The translations under genes and the position numbers were made by a program. The notes under the pieces were generated by a model, which was not told the origin of the DNA, ran no database searches, and saw only the letters and a program-made list of their open reading frames with translations. Below are positions 13,001 to 28,000 of a DNA stretch of 64,000 bases, piece after piece (the stretch's first letter is position 1; each line of letters starts with the position of its first letter). Where the stretch lies: the NCBI GenBank assembly GCA_051294905.1, contig CM119379.1, forward strand, positions 20,026,001-20,090,000, read 5' to 3'. Origin of the DNA: Botryllus schlosseri. Taxonomy: Eukaryota.

Positions 13001-16000
13001 TGTTTTCAAGCATTCTGGAGGATGCGGTCCATAGTACTTGGTACATCCATCAGGATACACTTAACATAGGATAAGTCAAAGGAATGATACGACACCATAA
13101 AATGAGTTTCACCCTACCCATTCCAAAGCACTGAAGCTGTTTGGTGGAGTTCCCACTATCTGCCGAGTCCCGTATCTCATCAAACGCTTTCAAAACTTGC
13201 CTAAACAAACAGGTGTCCTATCGAAAAAAAGCACATACACCACAATGCAAAACTCACCTGATGTTCATGTCATCATATTTGTCTAACTCAACAAGGGATA
13301 ATTTCCACGGATACTTCGTACCGTCAGGAATGCATCCAACTGATATCCACATTGTTTCCAAGCATTCAATGGGATGAGGCCCATAGTAATTGACACAGTG
13401 CTCAGGAAATACTGAAATATCATTCGAATACATGGACACAATGTAAAAAAGTGGGAAAGTACAATTGAAACTGTAGCCGACATGAGACGGATAGGTGTAT
13501 TAGTTCTAAATTGAAGGTTTATGCCATGAGAGAACATGCAAGTAGTTTTGCATGTACGTAAAGTAGCTCACATCGACTGAGATATTAGCAGAGTCAGTAT
13601 GCAATACAACAAATTTGCGATAACTATACCAGCGCAAATTTTCACATAATTTGTGACGCTAATTACTGGAAGTGTCCAATTAAGTGTCGGACTATCCATA
13701 CTCTGAGTTCTCAAACTAATTCGGGGACCGGGAAGAGTTTATCAATTCAACACAAGGTATACTACACATTATACTATGAAACGACCGACCGCTGATAATA
13801 ACATGTGCCTTGACACATTTGCGATATAACGACAGTCAAGAAAGCAAAAGTCCAAATATAGCAGCAAACCGATATGTAAGGCAACTTTAATTTATACCAT
13901 AGAAACCTAGTTTCATATGAAATTACCCATTCCAAAACAATCCAATTGATCCTCGACACTTCCGTTATTGGCTTGGGCAGCAGTGTTGTTATATAAATCG
14001 ATGAGTTCACTGAAATTATGTACAAGTTGGCACCCCATGATTACACATATAAAAGCAAAAATCTCCGCCATACCGAAGATTCAGCTCGTCCTGTTCGGTA
14101 TGCTGCGTGGCTGTAAGATTTTGAGGATAGTGATAGCCCTCAGGCAGACAGGAAGACGAATTCCACACGGTTTCCAAGCACTCCATTGGGTGTGGCCCAT
14201 AGTATTTTTCGCACCCATCGGGATATACTGATGAAAGTAACCCATTAGCACACTCTCTAATAACGTAATCGCAGAAAGGTTGGGTTACCAATGCCAAAGC
14301 ATTCCAATTGTTTTGTTGCATTGCCTGAATCTGCCAGTTCACGCGTTTCATTGTAGATAGACATCACTTGCCTGTTAATCCAAGATAGTATATTCTCACG
14401 TTCAAACAGGGTTCAATACTGAAATCCTGATGTTCAGGAGTAGACAGAATTCCCAAGAGTTCAAGAGTACAGATGAGTTATATTGTCCCTAGTCGAAAAC
14501 GGCACGATGTCTGGCATTCCAAGCACACCGAGCCACAAAGACTATGTTAACAGATGTCATGTTGAAAGTTGCATTTTGAATAATCATTCATTAGTGTTAA
14601 GTATTTCCTAGTAGACTTGCAATTGACAAGATTAGCATCAAGTCAAGTTGCAATATTCACCAATATTCAACAGATGGGCATTACTGAGTGAATTAGCTTT
14701 AATACAAAAATGATATTGTAATTGAATGCGATAAACTCACTGTGAACAAAATTATAATATTCCATAGACAAAAATCAGTTACTTCTAAAAACTAGGCATA
14801 AGCGACATACTAAAACTGCATGGGGAAATGAAACCGAAAATGCTACCCTAAAATTTGATTTGAATATAACAAATCTAGTGACCCACCTTAGGTCTCGCTT
14901 ATCAAACCGCTCATGCTCGTCCTCTGAAATGTTGTGAGGATACTTGGTACCCTCAGGCAGGCATTCCACATCAACCCAAATCGTTGCCAGACATTCCGGT
15001 GGATGAGGTCCATAATAGTTTATGCAATCCTCCGGATAAACTGACGAACATATATCTGCTTACAACCACATTAATAGGATAAAAGTAATAACCTACTTAA
15101 ACCAAAGCAATCAAGTTGACTTGCAACACTTCCGTTATCGGCTTGTTCTGCTGTATTGTTATATAGCTCGATCAAGTCTCTGTGAAATGAGTGTTATTGT
15201 GTTACAATATCTCATCAATGAACCTAGCCAGAAAAACGTGGATCAACATAAACATACATTCAACAGTAGATCTCAACAACGTTCCAAGTCCCTAAACTGT
15301 GTATTGAAAATGCTATTGTTAGAGTCTAGAATTCCCAGCGGAGAGCGTCTGTCTTAGTAGTCAACTTTATAGAGATGGGGCTCAATTATTTGCGGATAAA
15401 AAATGCCGTCCCAGATGATAATATTGATACATTTGATAATGTAATTAGTGCATAATATTTACATACTGCATTGATTGAGGAGACCAAGAATATTCAAACC
15501 TCGTGTATTTATTGCGTCTTATTCTAGATATCGACTATCACATCCCATCGTAATTTACTTCAAGTAACAAAAGCCAAGATTCCAGAGAATTGGGAAGACT
15601 CATTTCCTAAACCTACTTGAATCAACGTCTGAATAAACTTGGTATGTATGGAGTAATATTTGTGGATTCTAGAGGATCTCGTATGCACAGGACAGGTTAT
15701 GTAGCAAATCAGCTAAAGCCAATACTTTGGTTAGCTCCCAGGAACATAAAAATTGCTGCAATACAGTTATTTTTTGTAAAAATCCGGGTATAGTTTCTGT
15801 ATAGAGGGCTCAGAGCGATATTTCAAATTCTGAAAAGAGATTGAGGCTAGTTTGAAACTCTATGTATAGTTGCTATAGTCGCTACTGTACGAAATGCATA
15901 TATTACAAAACTGAAAAAAAATGTCTACCTTATGCTCATAGCGTCTTGAATAGCATGCTGGCTGGAATTCAACTTCTCGGGGAACATGTGTCCGAAGTCC

Positions 16001-19000
16001 AGACATGTTGAATGGTTCCACATTGTCACAAGACATTCAACTGGATGAGGACCATAATATGACGTGCATCCATCAGGATATGCTAAGAATTTTATTAAAA
16101 AAGAACAATTAGAATGAAGGTCATAGACGATCAACCATCGCATCATACTTATCCCCAGACATTCCATTTGTTTAGTAACATTTCCACCTTCGGCCAATGT
16201 GAAGGTGCGATTATACAACGAGATAATTTCCCTACAGAAAACATTAAGAAAGTAGCGCTAGAATAGGTGCAGCTGGTCACATCATACCGTAGATTCATAA
16301 CATCGAACTTGGATAGTTGAGTCTCATTAAGCTTCAATGGATATCGGGTCCCATCAGGCAAACACTGCTGTTCCAACCAGATTGTCACAAGGCATTCGAC
16401 ATCATTGGGACCATAATACTTTGTACAGTTATCTGGATATTCTAAATGAGAACAGTAATGGAACAAAAATTAGGAAACAATCTCTTTTAACACACAATTC
16501 ACAAGTCGGAATATGAACCAATTAAAAACAGCAGCAATAAAAAAAACACAACTATACCCATTCCGTAGCATATCATCTGATGAGTAGTGTTTCCTTGATC
16601 CGCCAAAATAGTCGACAGATTAAACGATGCTATCACGGGTCTGCAAAATGTAAAATCAATCGTTTCACTGGTTTGCGTCACATGACTAAAAAAAGATGAT
16701 TAAAAAAAGCTGTCAAGAATACACAAGTCTGCATTGACATAACATCTTCTCCGCCAGGGATTCAAAAACATTGATCACACATTCAAAGAAAACAACATCT
16801 ACCTGATACCCATTCCAGTGAAATCGCTCACAGCGCCAGTAGATAACTTCGGGGGATATTCCGTTCCGTACGAAAGACACCTTACAGATTCCCATATCGT
16901 TGAAAGACAAGCCACCAGGTACCCGCCATAATACGTAACACATCCGTCAGGGTACGCTGCGACGATTGAAGTAAATATATATACAACTGATGAATAACTA
17001 ATAACAAACAACTCAACTCACGTAGTCCAAAGCATCGCAACTGATGAGTGACATTTCCCGAATCCGCAGACAATTTGGTCCCATTGAATTCTCTAATTAT
17101 CTCTCTAAAAGTATCAAATGTATCTCAATAATAACCAGGAGCAATTATATCCACGAATTCTCACCGGAGATCCATTGAATCATGGCGATCCAATTCACTA
17201 TCATTTATCCTTGCTGGATATGCCGTCCCTTCCCAGATGCAGTGTGCATAGTACCAGAGGGTGATCAGACATTTCAAAGGATGCGGTCCATAATACTTCA
17301 CACAATGAGTTGGGTATTCTGTCAGTAGTCAATGAGAATCACAACTACCACTTTGTAACAAATAAATTCCGTATTACCCATTCCAAAACAGTACGTCTGG
17401 TTAACTAAACTCCCATTGTCTGCAGATTTCATTGTTGCATTGAAAAACCCTTGAATTTCTCTGCAATAACAACACAGATTAATTCGAGTTCGAATTGATA
17501 AAGACGACTCCAAGACCTGAGATTCCACGTGTCAAGTTCGCTCAAGCGCGTGGACGATAGTTTTGGGGGGAATTTGTATCCTTCGGGAACGCAAGTAGAT
17601 GTGTCCCACATCGTTACCAAGCACGGAACGGGATGAGGGCCGTAGTATTTTGTGCAATTTTCTGGATACTCTGGACGGAACAAAAAAAAATTTCAAATTA
17701 CAGACCTATGAAATCACGGACCGAGGCCAACTTACCAAGACCGAAACAATCTAATTGACTCTGGACATGGCCCTGGTCAGATAGTGTTCTTGTTATATTG
17801 GTCTCGTTGATCACCTCTCTGAACGAGAATTAATCATTGCCTATTGGACATAGATTTAATATAAAGTAATCTATCAAACCTCAAATTAAGTCCGTCAATA
17901 CGAATATGTTCCGTCTCATTGAGCTTAATCGGGTAGCGATAACCTTGATAAACGCATTCCGCGGTGTCCCAGATGGTCTCTAAACATTCCGTTGGATGCG
18001 GGCCATAATATTTGGTACAGTTGTCGGGATAGACTGAAAAAGCTTAGTATGAGATTGTGTATTTTTCAGTACCCTTTCGACCAACTCACCCATTCCAAAG
18101 CATCTCATCTGATACGGTACACTGCCGTTATCGGCACTGATAATTGAGACATTGAAGAGCGCAGTCAGCGGCCTGAAAGAGAAAGAGGATGAGGAGTCTG
18201 CCATTCTTGCGATGCAAAACCCTGAACAGTCTCCCTGTATCCAGATTATAACTGCTAGTACTGCTAGTAAATGCTCTGACTGAATGTGAATATTGAACAT
18301 TTTGACATCGTTATGAGACTACAACTAGTAGAGGAATGGTATTTAGCCTTGAAACTGATAGCTACATAAATCCAAATCAAGGCAAGTAGAATAGACCATC
18401 TCATTGCACTCATGACTACCAAAATTAAAGCTCACAAAGATGGACACTTTACCTTATGCCCATTCCGGTAAAGGAGTTGACCTCGGCCGAAGACAGCTTT
18501 GGGGGATATTTGGTCCCTTGCGGCACGCATCTAACGTTTTCCCACACAGAAATAAGACACGGGACGGAGTACCCTCCGTAATACGTCACACACCCATCGG
18601 GATACTCTGAATTGAAGCGATAAAGCGTTCAGGTCACCTCCACGAACAAAAGCAGAATGAATTACCAAGGCCAAAACAGCGATACTGATCCGTCACATTC
18701 CCGGAATCTGCTGATGACTTGGTGCCGTTAAACTCAGAGATGATCTCTCTGTGAACAAGCCGTTGAAATACCGTTTAGCTGTCACATAAATATAATCTGA
18801 TACCTCAAAGTCATCGAATCGTGTCGTATCAATTCGCTAATCGGAATCTTTGTAGGATATGCGTCGCCCTCCTTTATGCAGTGGGCATAGTACCATAGAG
18901 TCTTCAAGCATTCCAGAGGATGTGGTCCGTAATATTTAGTGCAGTTTTCAGGATATTCTGATGAGAGTGGCAGGAGTCAAAATAATAACATTATCGAGTA

Positions 19001-22000
19001 CGAGAATATTATTGACAGTCGTGTTCAGATTGAATAGTAATCGCATAAAGCAAAATTCCATCATACCCATTCCAAAGCAATACGTTTGGTTGACAAGACT
19101 CCCATTGTCAGCGGAAAATGCTGTGTCGTTGAAAAATCCAGAGATCTCCCTAAAACACGATAGTTTGCACCCATATTATATACTTCTCTCGAGACATTCT
19201 TGATACCTGATATCCCATGTGTCGAGTTCGCTCAAGCGGCCCGGAGTAAGTTTGTCTGGATACTTGTAACCTTGCCAAACGCAGGTCGCTGTCGTCCACA
19301 TTGTTATCAAGCAACCGACTGGGTGAGGACCATAATATTTGGTACAATTATCTGGATAAACTGAAACATACGACAACAACATAGCAATGTAACAATTAGC
19401 AAAGGCAACTTATTGTTTACTCACTGAGACCAAAGCAATGAATCTGACTTGGCACGTCCGCATTATCAGCCGATTGCCTCGTGGTGTTGGTCTCATTTAT
19501 AACTTGCCTGAGATATATGCAGTTAGTTGTTGGTATTTTAAGCAAGGTCAAAATTAGACTTTCCCAACCTCAAATTAAGTTGATCAATGCGAGCATGTTC
19601 CGTCGCATTTAACTTTGGAGGAAACCGCGTACCGACCGGAAGGCACTGGACGCTTTCCCAGATTGTTATCAAGCATTCTGTGGGATGTGGCCCGTAATAT
19701 TTGGTGCAATTATCCGGGTAAACTGGTGCGAATTACAAACTATTTATAAAAGAAATGACTCGACTTCTGAAATACCATACCCATTCCGAAGCATTTGAGT
19801 TGATGAGCTACGACAGCATTATCAGCAGCACGGGCTGAACTATTGAATTGAGCGATGACAGGCCTGAAACAAAGATGTGTGATCTGACTCTATCATTGGT
19901 CCTAAAAGTTGGCAATTTTGAGAGATAAGGTGGCCGATAGGGGACGTTCGGCAAATTATGTTTGGTTAACAGTGAAAAAAGTAGATAAACCGCCATGAGT
20001 ATTAGAGAAAAGTAGAATTGATGATGACCTACAGTTATTAGGGGGTGATGAGTAAAAAGGTTTAGATACCACTGCTTGCAATCATTCCAGATTCCAGGTT
20101 GTGAATAGAGATGTACCTTGCATCGTCCGATTTACACAAACAATTGAATCCTATGTGATTTACACCTAAACTGTTAGCAAGAAGCTATTTGGAATTGTAA
20201 ATAAGCCCTCAAAGTTTAAGAAACAGGGAATTCTTTTTGAAATACACTTTGAGCATACAATGTGACAAAAAGCACACCTATATTTATTGTTAGAAACAAA
20301 AAAGTGAAGAGTATCATTATTGGTGAAGTCAAGTTAATTCAAAATATAGCTCACAAATAATCACAAACATAGATATTCACATACCTTATACCCATTCCGG
20401 TAAATTCAGCCACTTCACTGCTAGAAAGTTTGGGTGGGTATTCAGTTCCTTGGAATACACATCTTACCATACCCCACATGCTTACAAGGCATGGAATCGG
20501 ATATGGGCCATAATAGGTGACACAGCCCGTTGGATATTCTGAAAACCACAAAAGGAAAGGGATCTAAAAACGATGTTTTGTGGTAAACATCTCAAATATT
20601 ACCGAGTCCGAAACATCGCAGCTGGTTGGTTATATTACCAGAATCGGCAGATGACTTGGTTCCATTGAATTCATTTATGATTTGTCTTTTAAAATATGGT
20701 ATTTTTAGGAGAATATTTGGCATAGCAATTTCTTTACATACCTAAGGTTCATGGAATCATGTCTCACTATTTCACTAGAAGGTATTTTCGTTGGGTAGGC
20801 ATGTCCTTCAACAATGCAATGTGCATAGCCCCATAGTGTTTCCAGACATTCCAAAGGATGAGGGCCATAATATTTTGTACAATTTGTAGGATATTCTAGA
20901 AAAAAAGAACTGAATTTGAGAGCAAAACCACATATCTGGCATAGGAGTCTCTTTACCCATTCCAAAACAGTATGTTTGATTCACCAAACTTCCATTATCG
21001 GCGGAAAACATGGTTGCATTGAAGAATCCAGATATCTCCCTATACGGCAATATCCATTGAGAATTAGATAACAACTTATATATCCCGTTATTTTTACCTA
21101 ATGTTCCATGTATCAAGTTCATTCAATCTTGTGGTAGTGAGCTTCCGAGGATATTTATATCCTACTCTCAAACAGGTCGCAGTTAGCCACATTGTCACAT
21201 AGCAGTCGGCAGAATTCGGACCGTAGTATTTCGTGCAGTTATCAGGATATACTACAATGATACAAAAAAAATTTGTGACCACGCTATTTCATGAAGTTAT
21301 CAGGATAGACTATATTGTATTATATATCACGAAATTAATATTGAGGCGCCGAAAAATCCATTTCAACTCACCAAGGCCAAAGCATCGCAGCTGGTTAGTT
21401 ACATTCCCAGAATCAGCAGATGACTTGGTTCCGTTGAATTCATTGATGATTTGCCTTCAAAATTTTGTATTTCTAACCAATATGGGGCAAGAGGATTTGA
21501 TTATCTTACCGAAGGTTCATAGAATCATGTCTCACAAGTTCACTGGAACGTATTTTCGTTGGGTAAGCATACCCTTCAATTATACAATGCGAATATTCCC
21601 ATATTGTTTCCAGGCATTCCAAAGGATGAGGACCATAATATTTTGTACAGTTTGCAGGATATTCTGGAAGAACATTTTGAACTTACAGAAACAAAACGCT
21701 TCTTATTCACTCCTTACCCATTCCAAAACAATAAGTTTGATTCACTAAGCTTCCGTCATCTGCGGAGGCCATGGTAGCGTTGAAGAATCCTGATATTTCC
21801 CTATATCATTATGTTTAAAGAGAATGCCAGCCAACTTCATACTTACTGCAACATTCTTACCTGATGTTCCATGTATCAAGCTCACCCAATCTCGGAGCTG
21901 ATAGCTTCCGAGGGTATTTGTAACCTTCCCTCAAACAGGTCGCGGCTATCCACATTGTCACATAGCAGTCGACAGAATTCGGACCGTAGTATTTCGTACA

Positions 22001-25000
22001 GTTATCAGGATATACTACAATAAATACAAGACAAATTACCACAAAAATTAAAAATTGGTATTTATGACACCACAATGAAATGTAGGCTATCGGATGAAGT
22101 TTATTGTGTGGTGATGCGATGCGTCTCCGCCTGGGCCGCAAGGTATTTGAAATCAGGTTGTTATGACATCTAAGCAGTGCGGAGCAGTTCCTTCAATGCT
22201 GAAAAATTTCAGCTCAGTAATCCCGTCAACGTTTTCTTGGCCAAACTAAGCAGTTATTGCTAGCCTTTACAATACAAATGGAAGAGCCATATTCATATTC
22301 ACCATTGCTAGCCCGGAAATGATTGTAACCTGCGCTGGCGTAATTAATTACCAATTTCATTGTTGAACACAATGATTTATCATTGATTGATGACCGTTGA
22401 CCAGGCATCCATTGTTCAATTGCAAAGTTCTATCGCAAGTCTCGCGTAAACCATAAGGAAGGAAAGTACGCAACAACAATACGCATATCATCAATACTGA
22501 ATAAAAATATATCAATTTATATTCAGATCAAACAAAATGTTGAAACTCATGTGCAATCATTAGAGAGCTGCAATCAAAGGTTGAAACAGCCGCAGTTTGG
22601 CTACCCCTGGACTATATTATAATATATATTACAAAATTGATAACTGAGGCACCAAAAAATTCATTTCAACTCACCAAGGCCAAAGCATCGCAGCTGACTG
22701 GTTACATTCCCAGAATCAGCAGATGACTTGGTTCCGTTGAATTCATTGATGATTTGCCTTCAAAATATTGTATTTATAACCAATATGCGGGCAGGAGGAT
22801 TTGATTCTCTTACCGAAGGTTCATAGAATCATGTCTCACTAGTTCACTGGAACGTATTTTCGTTGGGTAAGCATACCCTTCAATTATACAATGAGCATAT
22901 TCCCATATTGTTTCCAGGCATTCCAAAGGATGTGGGCCATAATATTTTGTACAGTTTGCAGGATATTCTGAAAGAACATTTTGAACTTACAGAAAAAAAT
23001 GTTTCTTATTCACCTCCTTACCCATTCCAAAACAATAAGTTTGATTCACTAAGCTTCCATCATCCGCAGATAACATTGTGTGATTGAAAAATCCAGACAC
23101 CTCTCTGGCAAAAAGGATTAAAATAATACAAAAGTAAAATGAAATCATTAAAATACTCCAACCTGATATTCCAAGTATCGAGTTCCGCCAGTCTAGCCGA
23201 TGTGAGTTTTCTGGGATATTTATACCCTTGCCAGACACAAGTGGCCATTGTCCACATGGTAACGTAACAGTCGACAGAATTTGGACCATAATACTTTGTG
23301 CAGTTTTCAGGATAAACTGTTAAAAAATATTCACTTGCCACAAAATGTACCGCGTGGTAGGGAGATGCTATTCACCAAGGCCAAAGCAGTGCAATTGACT
23401 GGCAGTGTCTCCTTCATCAGACAAGGCCCGTGTTGTGGAGGTCTCATTTATAACTTGCCTGCAAAGGAAACATTTGGTGCCATGCAAAAAGTGTAACTGA
23501 CAGAGCCATATACCGTAGATTCAGGCCGTCAATGCGGATGTGTTCAGAAGCATTCAATTTCTCGGGGAAACGCGTCCCTTCATCCAGGCAGTCCGCAACA
23601 TACCATATGGTTTCCAAGCATTCCACAGAATGTGGTCCGTAATACTTTGTACAATTATCAGGATAAACTGTCAACAATAATCACTCAACACAAACGGTAC
23701 CGATATGGTAGGGGAATACTTCACACATTCATTAGGATACACTACAAAAACTCAATTTAACAGGTTGATGCGGAATGGTAAAGAAACCCCCCATACTCAC
23801 ACATTCCGAAGCACTTCATTTGATGCGGAGAGCTTCCATTATCGGCGGAAAGTGCAGTACTATTGAACAACGAGATGAGGGGCCTAAAGGAAAATTGTTT
23901 AGACAAGTGAATAATTTACGTGATTTCAAACGGACGAGAGAGAGACATGCGGAGTAACAGTGAAAGGTACAACAGAACCAATCTACTACCTTAGTCCCAT
24001 CCCGGTGAAAGAGTTAACGTCGGCAATAGGCAGTTTAGGAGGATATTCAGTGCCTTCAGGAAGACACCTCACCATATCCCATATCGTAACAAGACATGGA
24101 ACGGAATATCCTCCATAATATGTGTCACATCCAGAGGGGTATACTGAAAATGTATCAAACATGACGTGGTCAAGAATGTTACAACGACACTTCGTAACAC
24201 TGCTAAAGGGTTGGCAACATTAATTCTAGATTAATAATGCTAGACTTGTGGGCCAGGTCTCTGCTGAGGCCAAAGGTAGAGTATGAAGGAACACTGATTA
24301 TGAATAAAAATCATGTTTGCTCAGACATAGACTCAATTATTATGAAAATATTATGCTATTCCAATATCTTTCCATATTTCAACAACGAATAAACACGTGG
24401 CTTCAACAGATTAGGATTGCAAATGATTTTAAAATCAGTATCAAGGATGATCAAGTTGTCCCAATATGCATGCAAGCCATAGAGTTTCTCACCGAGTCCA
24501 AAGCATTGTAGCTGATGAGTTGTGTTTCCAGAATCAGCAGATGTTTTTGTCGAATTGTACTCCCGGATTATTTGCCTGAACGAAGTACATTTATTACTTC
24601 GACCAACACAAGTAACTTGACCCTCCACCTTAGATTCATGACCATCTGTCTTCTCATTTCACGTGATGAGAGTTTTGTCGGATAAGCGTCCCCTTCAGGT
24701 ATGCAATGTGCATACTCCCATATAGTTTCCAAACATTCCAGAAAATGGGGACCGTAGTATTTTGTACAATTGTCCGGATATTCTTCTCATGAAACTTGAG
24801 TTAGTATCATCATACTGGACAAAATATTGTCTGATCATACCCATTCCAAAACAGTAGGTTTGATTCACTAGACTTCCATCGTCCGCAGAAAACATGGTTT
24901 CGTTAAAGAATCGGGAAACCATTCTAAAACACAGCATTGCGGCATCAGGGAAATATCGCTCGGAATGATTTTGCTATAATAGCAATACCTGATGTTCCAA

Positions 25001-28000
25001 GTATCAAGTTCCGCCAGTCTGGGAGCCGACAATTTTCTTGGATATTTATACCCTTCCCTTACGCAGGTGGCAATTGTCCACAGGGTGACGTAGCAATCCA
25101 CAGAATTTGGACCATAATATTTTGTACAATTCTCAGGATAAACTGTCATAAATAAGATTTAGATATTTGATGTACTAACACATAACACAATAAATCGCGA
25201 TAGCTGTATGAGATATGCCTCATAATAAGTATCGCATTCAAACCGATATTATGTGATTATACGAAGCGTCATAACGAGCCATAAAAAAGAATAAATATGA
25301 AATTCCTACCTAGTCCAAAACAACGTAATTGGCTTGTCGCATTTCCAGAATCGGCATCGGACTTGGTTGCGTTGAATTCACGTATTATTTCTCTAGAAGA
25401 CCGCTGTGTCAGCAGATCGGTTTTCAATGTGTCCATATATCTGGTTACCTTAGATTCATAGAGTTATGTCTTGCCACTTCAGCAGACGGGATCTTGGTGG
25501 GGTAAGCAACACCTTCGGATATACAATGAGCATTGTCCCATATAGATATGAGGCATTCAATGGAATGGGGGCCATAGTATTTAGTGCAGTTCATCGGATA
25601 TTCTAAGAATAAAAAGTTGGTAAAGTGCTGTGAAAAAAGAAAGCAATTTTATATTACCTATTCCAAAACAATAAGTTTGATTCACAAGGCTACCATTATC
25701 AGCCGATTGTGCGGTTGCGTCGAAAAAGCTGGAAATCTCTCTAAAAGACCAAAATATGTTAAAATGAATAGCATGAAGATATTTTATAAACAGATCTCGA
25801 TATGATTCAGGAGTGAATCGTATGAAGCAGTCGGAATTTACAACAGGTGGAAAGGCACATGACCCAGTACAATACCCTAACAAATACTAAGAATAGTAAT
25901 ATTTTGAAACGGGAATATTTTGAGATAAAACTACTGAGTACAAACAACACAATCATTACCTGAGATCCCATGAGTTCAGTTCGATTAGTCTTGCGGATGA
26001 TAACTTTTTGGGATATTTGTATCCTTGCCGTAAGCATGTGGCATTAAGCCACATCGTAACCAAACAATCAACCGAATGTGGGCCATAATATTTGGTGCAA
26101 TTTTCAGGATAAACTAACAATAAACAGATGCTCGTTTCATGAAGATCGCACACAAAATTAAATACTTCATTACCTAATCCGAAGCACTCCATTTGACTAG
26201 TGCTATCTCCATTGTCAGCATTGTCCCTTATTGTATTTGTTTCATTAATTACCTCTCTACAAAAATGGGATGTTACTGAATGTAGCATGAGGTAATATAA
26301 CTGTATCTAGCATACCTCAGATCCAGAGTATCGATACGAGCATGCTCGGTGGGAGACAGCTTCACAGGAAAGCGCGTTCCATCAGAAAGACATTCAACAC
26401 TTACCCAAATCGTTGTTAGGCACTCAATTGGGTGTGGGCCGTAGTAATTTGTACAGTTATCGGGATAAACTGCCCAATTTAAGAAGATCATCACAGGATA
26501 TGTTGAATGACGAGCAAAAAATATACCTACCCATCCCATAACACTTAATTTGATGAGTTACATTGCCGCTATCAGCAGCAATAGCAGAATCATTGAAGAG
26601 ACTGATGAGAGCCCTGCATAATAACAAATCGGTGTCACTAATATGATATCCAGTGTTTTTATATAAAGTAAACAACTGCATAAAGTCTCCAAGATAGTAT
26701 GGATCATTGAAATTTAAATAGTGCTCATTTTTATTGACGTTTGTGCCTCCTTGCAGCTGCGATGAAACTTATTGCAACCCTAGCTATATGGAGTTAAGCT
26801 ATAATAATATACCTACTCGACACACAAACAATTTTTAAATTGGATAGCATTTTGGAGGTACAGAATATGCAATTCAATAGCATATCCAAATTGAAATCAG
26901 CCCGAATATTTTCCGATGACACTAGTCAGCAACTAGTAGAGAATTGAACATTTGAAATTTTGAATAATCACAGTGAATAGAGCGCTGAGCCCAATGTATT
27001 ATTTAGACAGTACACAAACTCCAACCAAGACTATGTCTATAGAAGGAGTACTAAAATAATACTTTAGGCTCAGCGTTCTCTTAACCCCCATTATTCAAAA
27101 TTTCTTGTCGCTGCCACGCTATATTTTGTGATACAATTGTTGAGATATACAATGTTGTTCCCAATTCTCCACTAGTACCTGAAGATCACCAATGACGAGG
27201 GTCAGCCATGTTCGGGTGCATTTCAATATGAATATTCTATCCAAATTTTATATTAACCCGCCTTATGCCCATTCCAGTGAAATAATTGATGTCCGCAGGA
27301 GTCAATTTTGTTGGATGTCCAGTTCCTTCTGGAAGACACATCACTCTATTCCATAGTGTGGTGAGACATGCTTCTGAATAGGCACCGTAATATGAAGAAC
27401 AGTTGGAAGGATACTCTGCAACGGAAAAAAAAAGACGTAGAATTAAGGGATGAGTGAGCGTCAACAAGCCTCACTGATTCCAAAACACAGCAATTGGCTG
27501 GTGACGTTTCCCGAATCAGCCGATGACTTAGTCCCATTGAAGTCGTTGATAATTTCCCTATTAGGAGGTTTTTTCCGGATAACAAATGAAAAATCATGCA
27601 TCAACTTGAGAAATTGAAATGTACCTGAGATTCATAGAATCAAGTCTCGTCAATTCACTAGGTTGTAGCTTGGCCGGATATCCGTGTCCTTCAGATTTAC
27701 AATGAGAATTGTTCCAGATAGTTTCGAGACACTCCAAAGCATGGGGACCGTAGTACTTTGTACAGTGCGTTGGGAATTCTAATCATCAAAATATCACAGA
27801 ATTTAAAGAGAACGGACCACTAAGCAAAAGTTTACCGATTCCAAAGCAGTATGTTTGATTCACCAGGCTTCCATTATGAGCAGATTGTGCGGTCGCGTCA
27901 AAGAAGTCGGAAATCTCTCTAAGAGACCAAAATATGTTGAAATGAATAGCATGAAGATATTTCATAAACAGATCGCGATATAATTCAGGAGTGAATCGTA

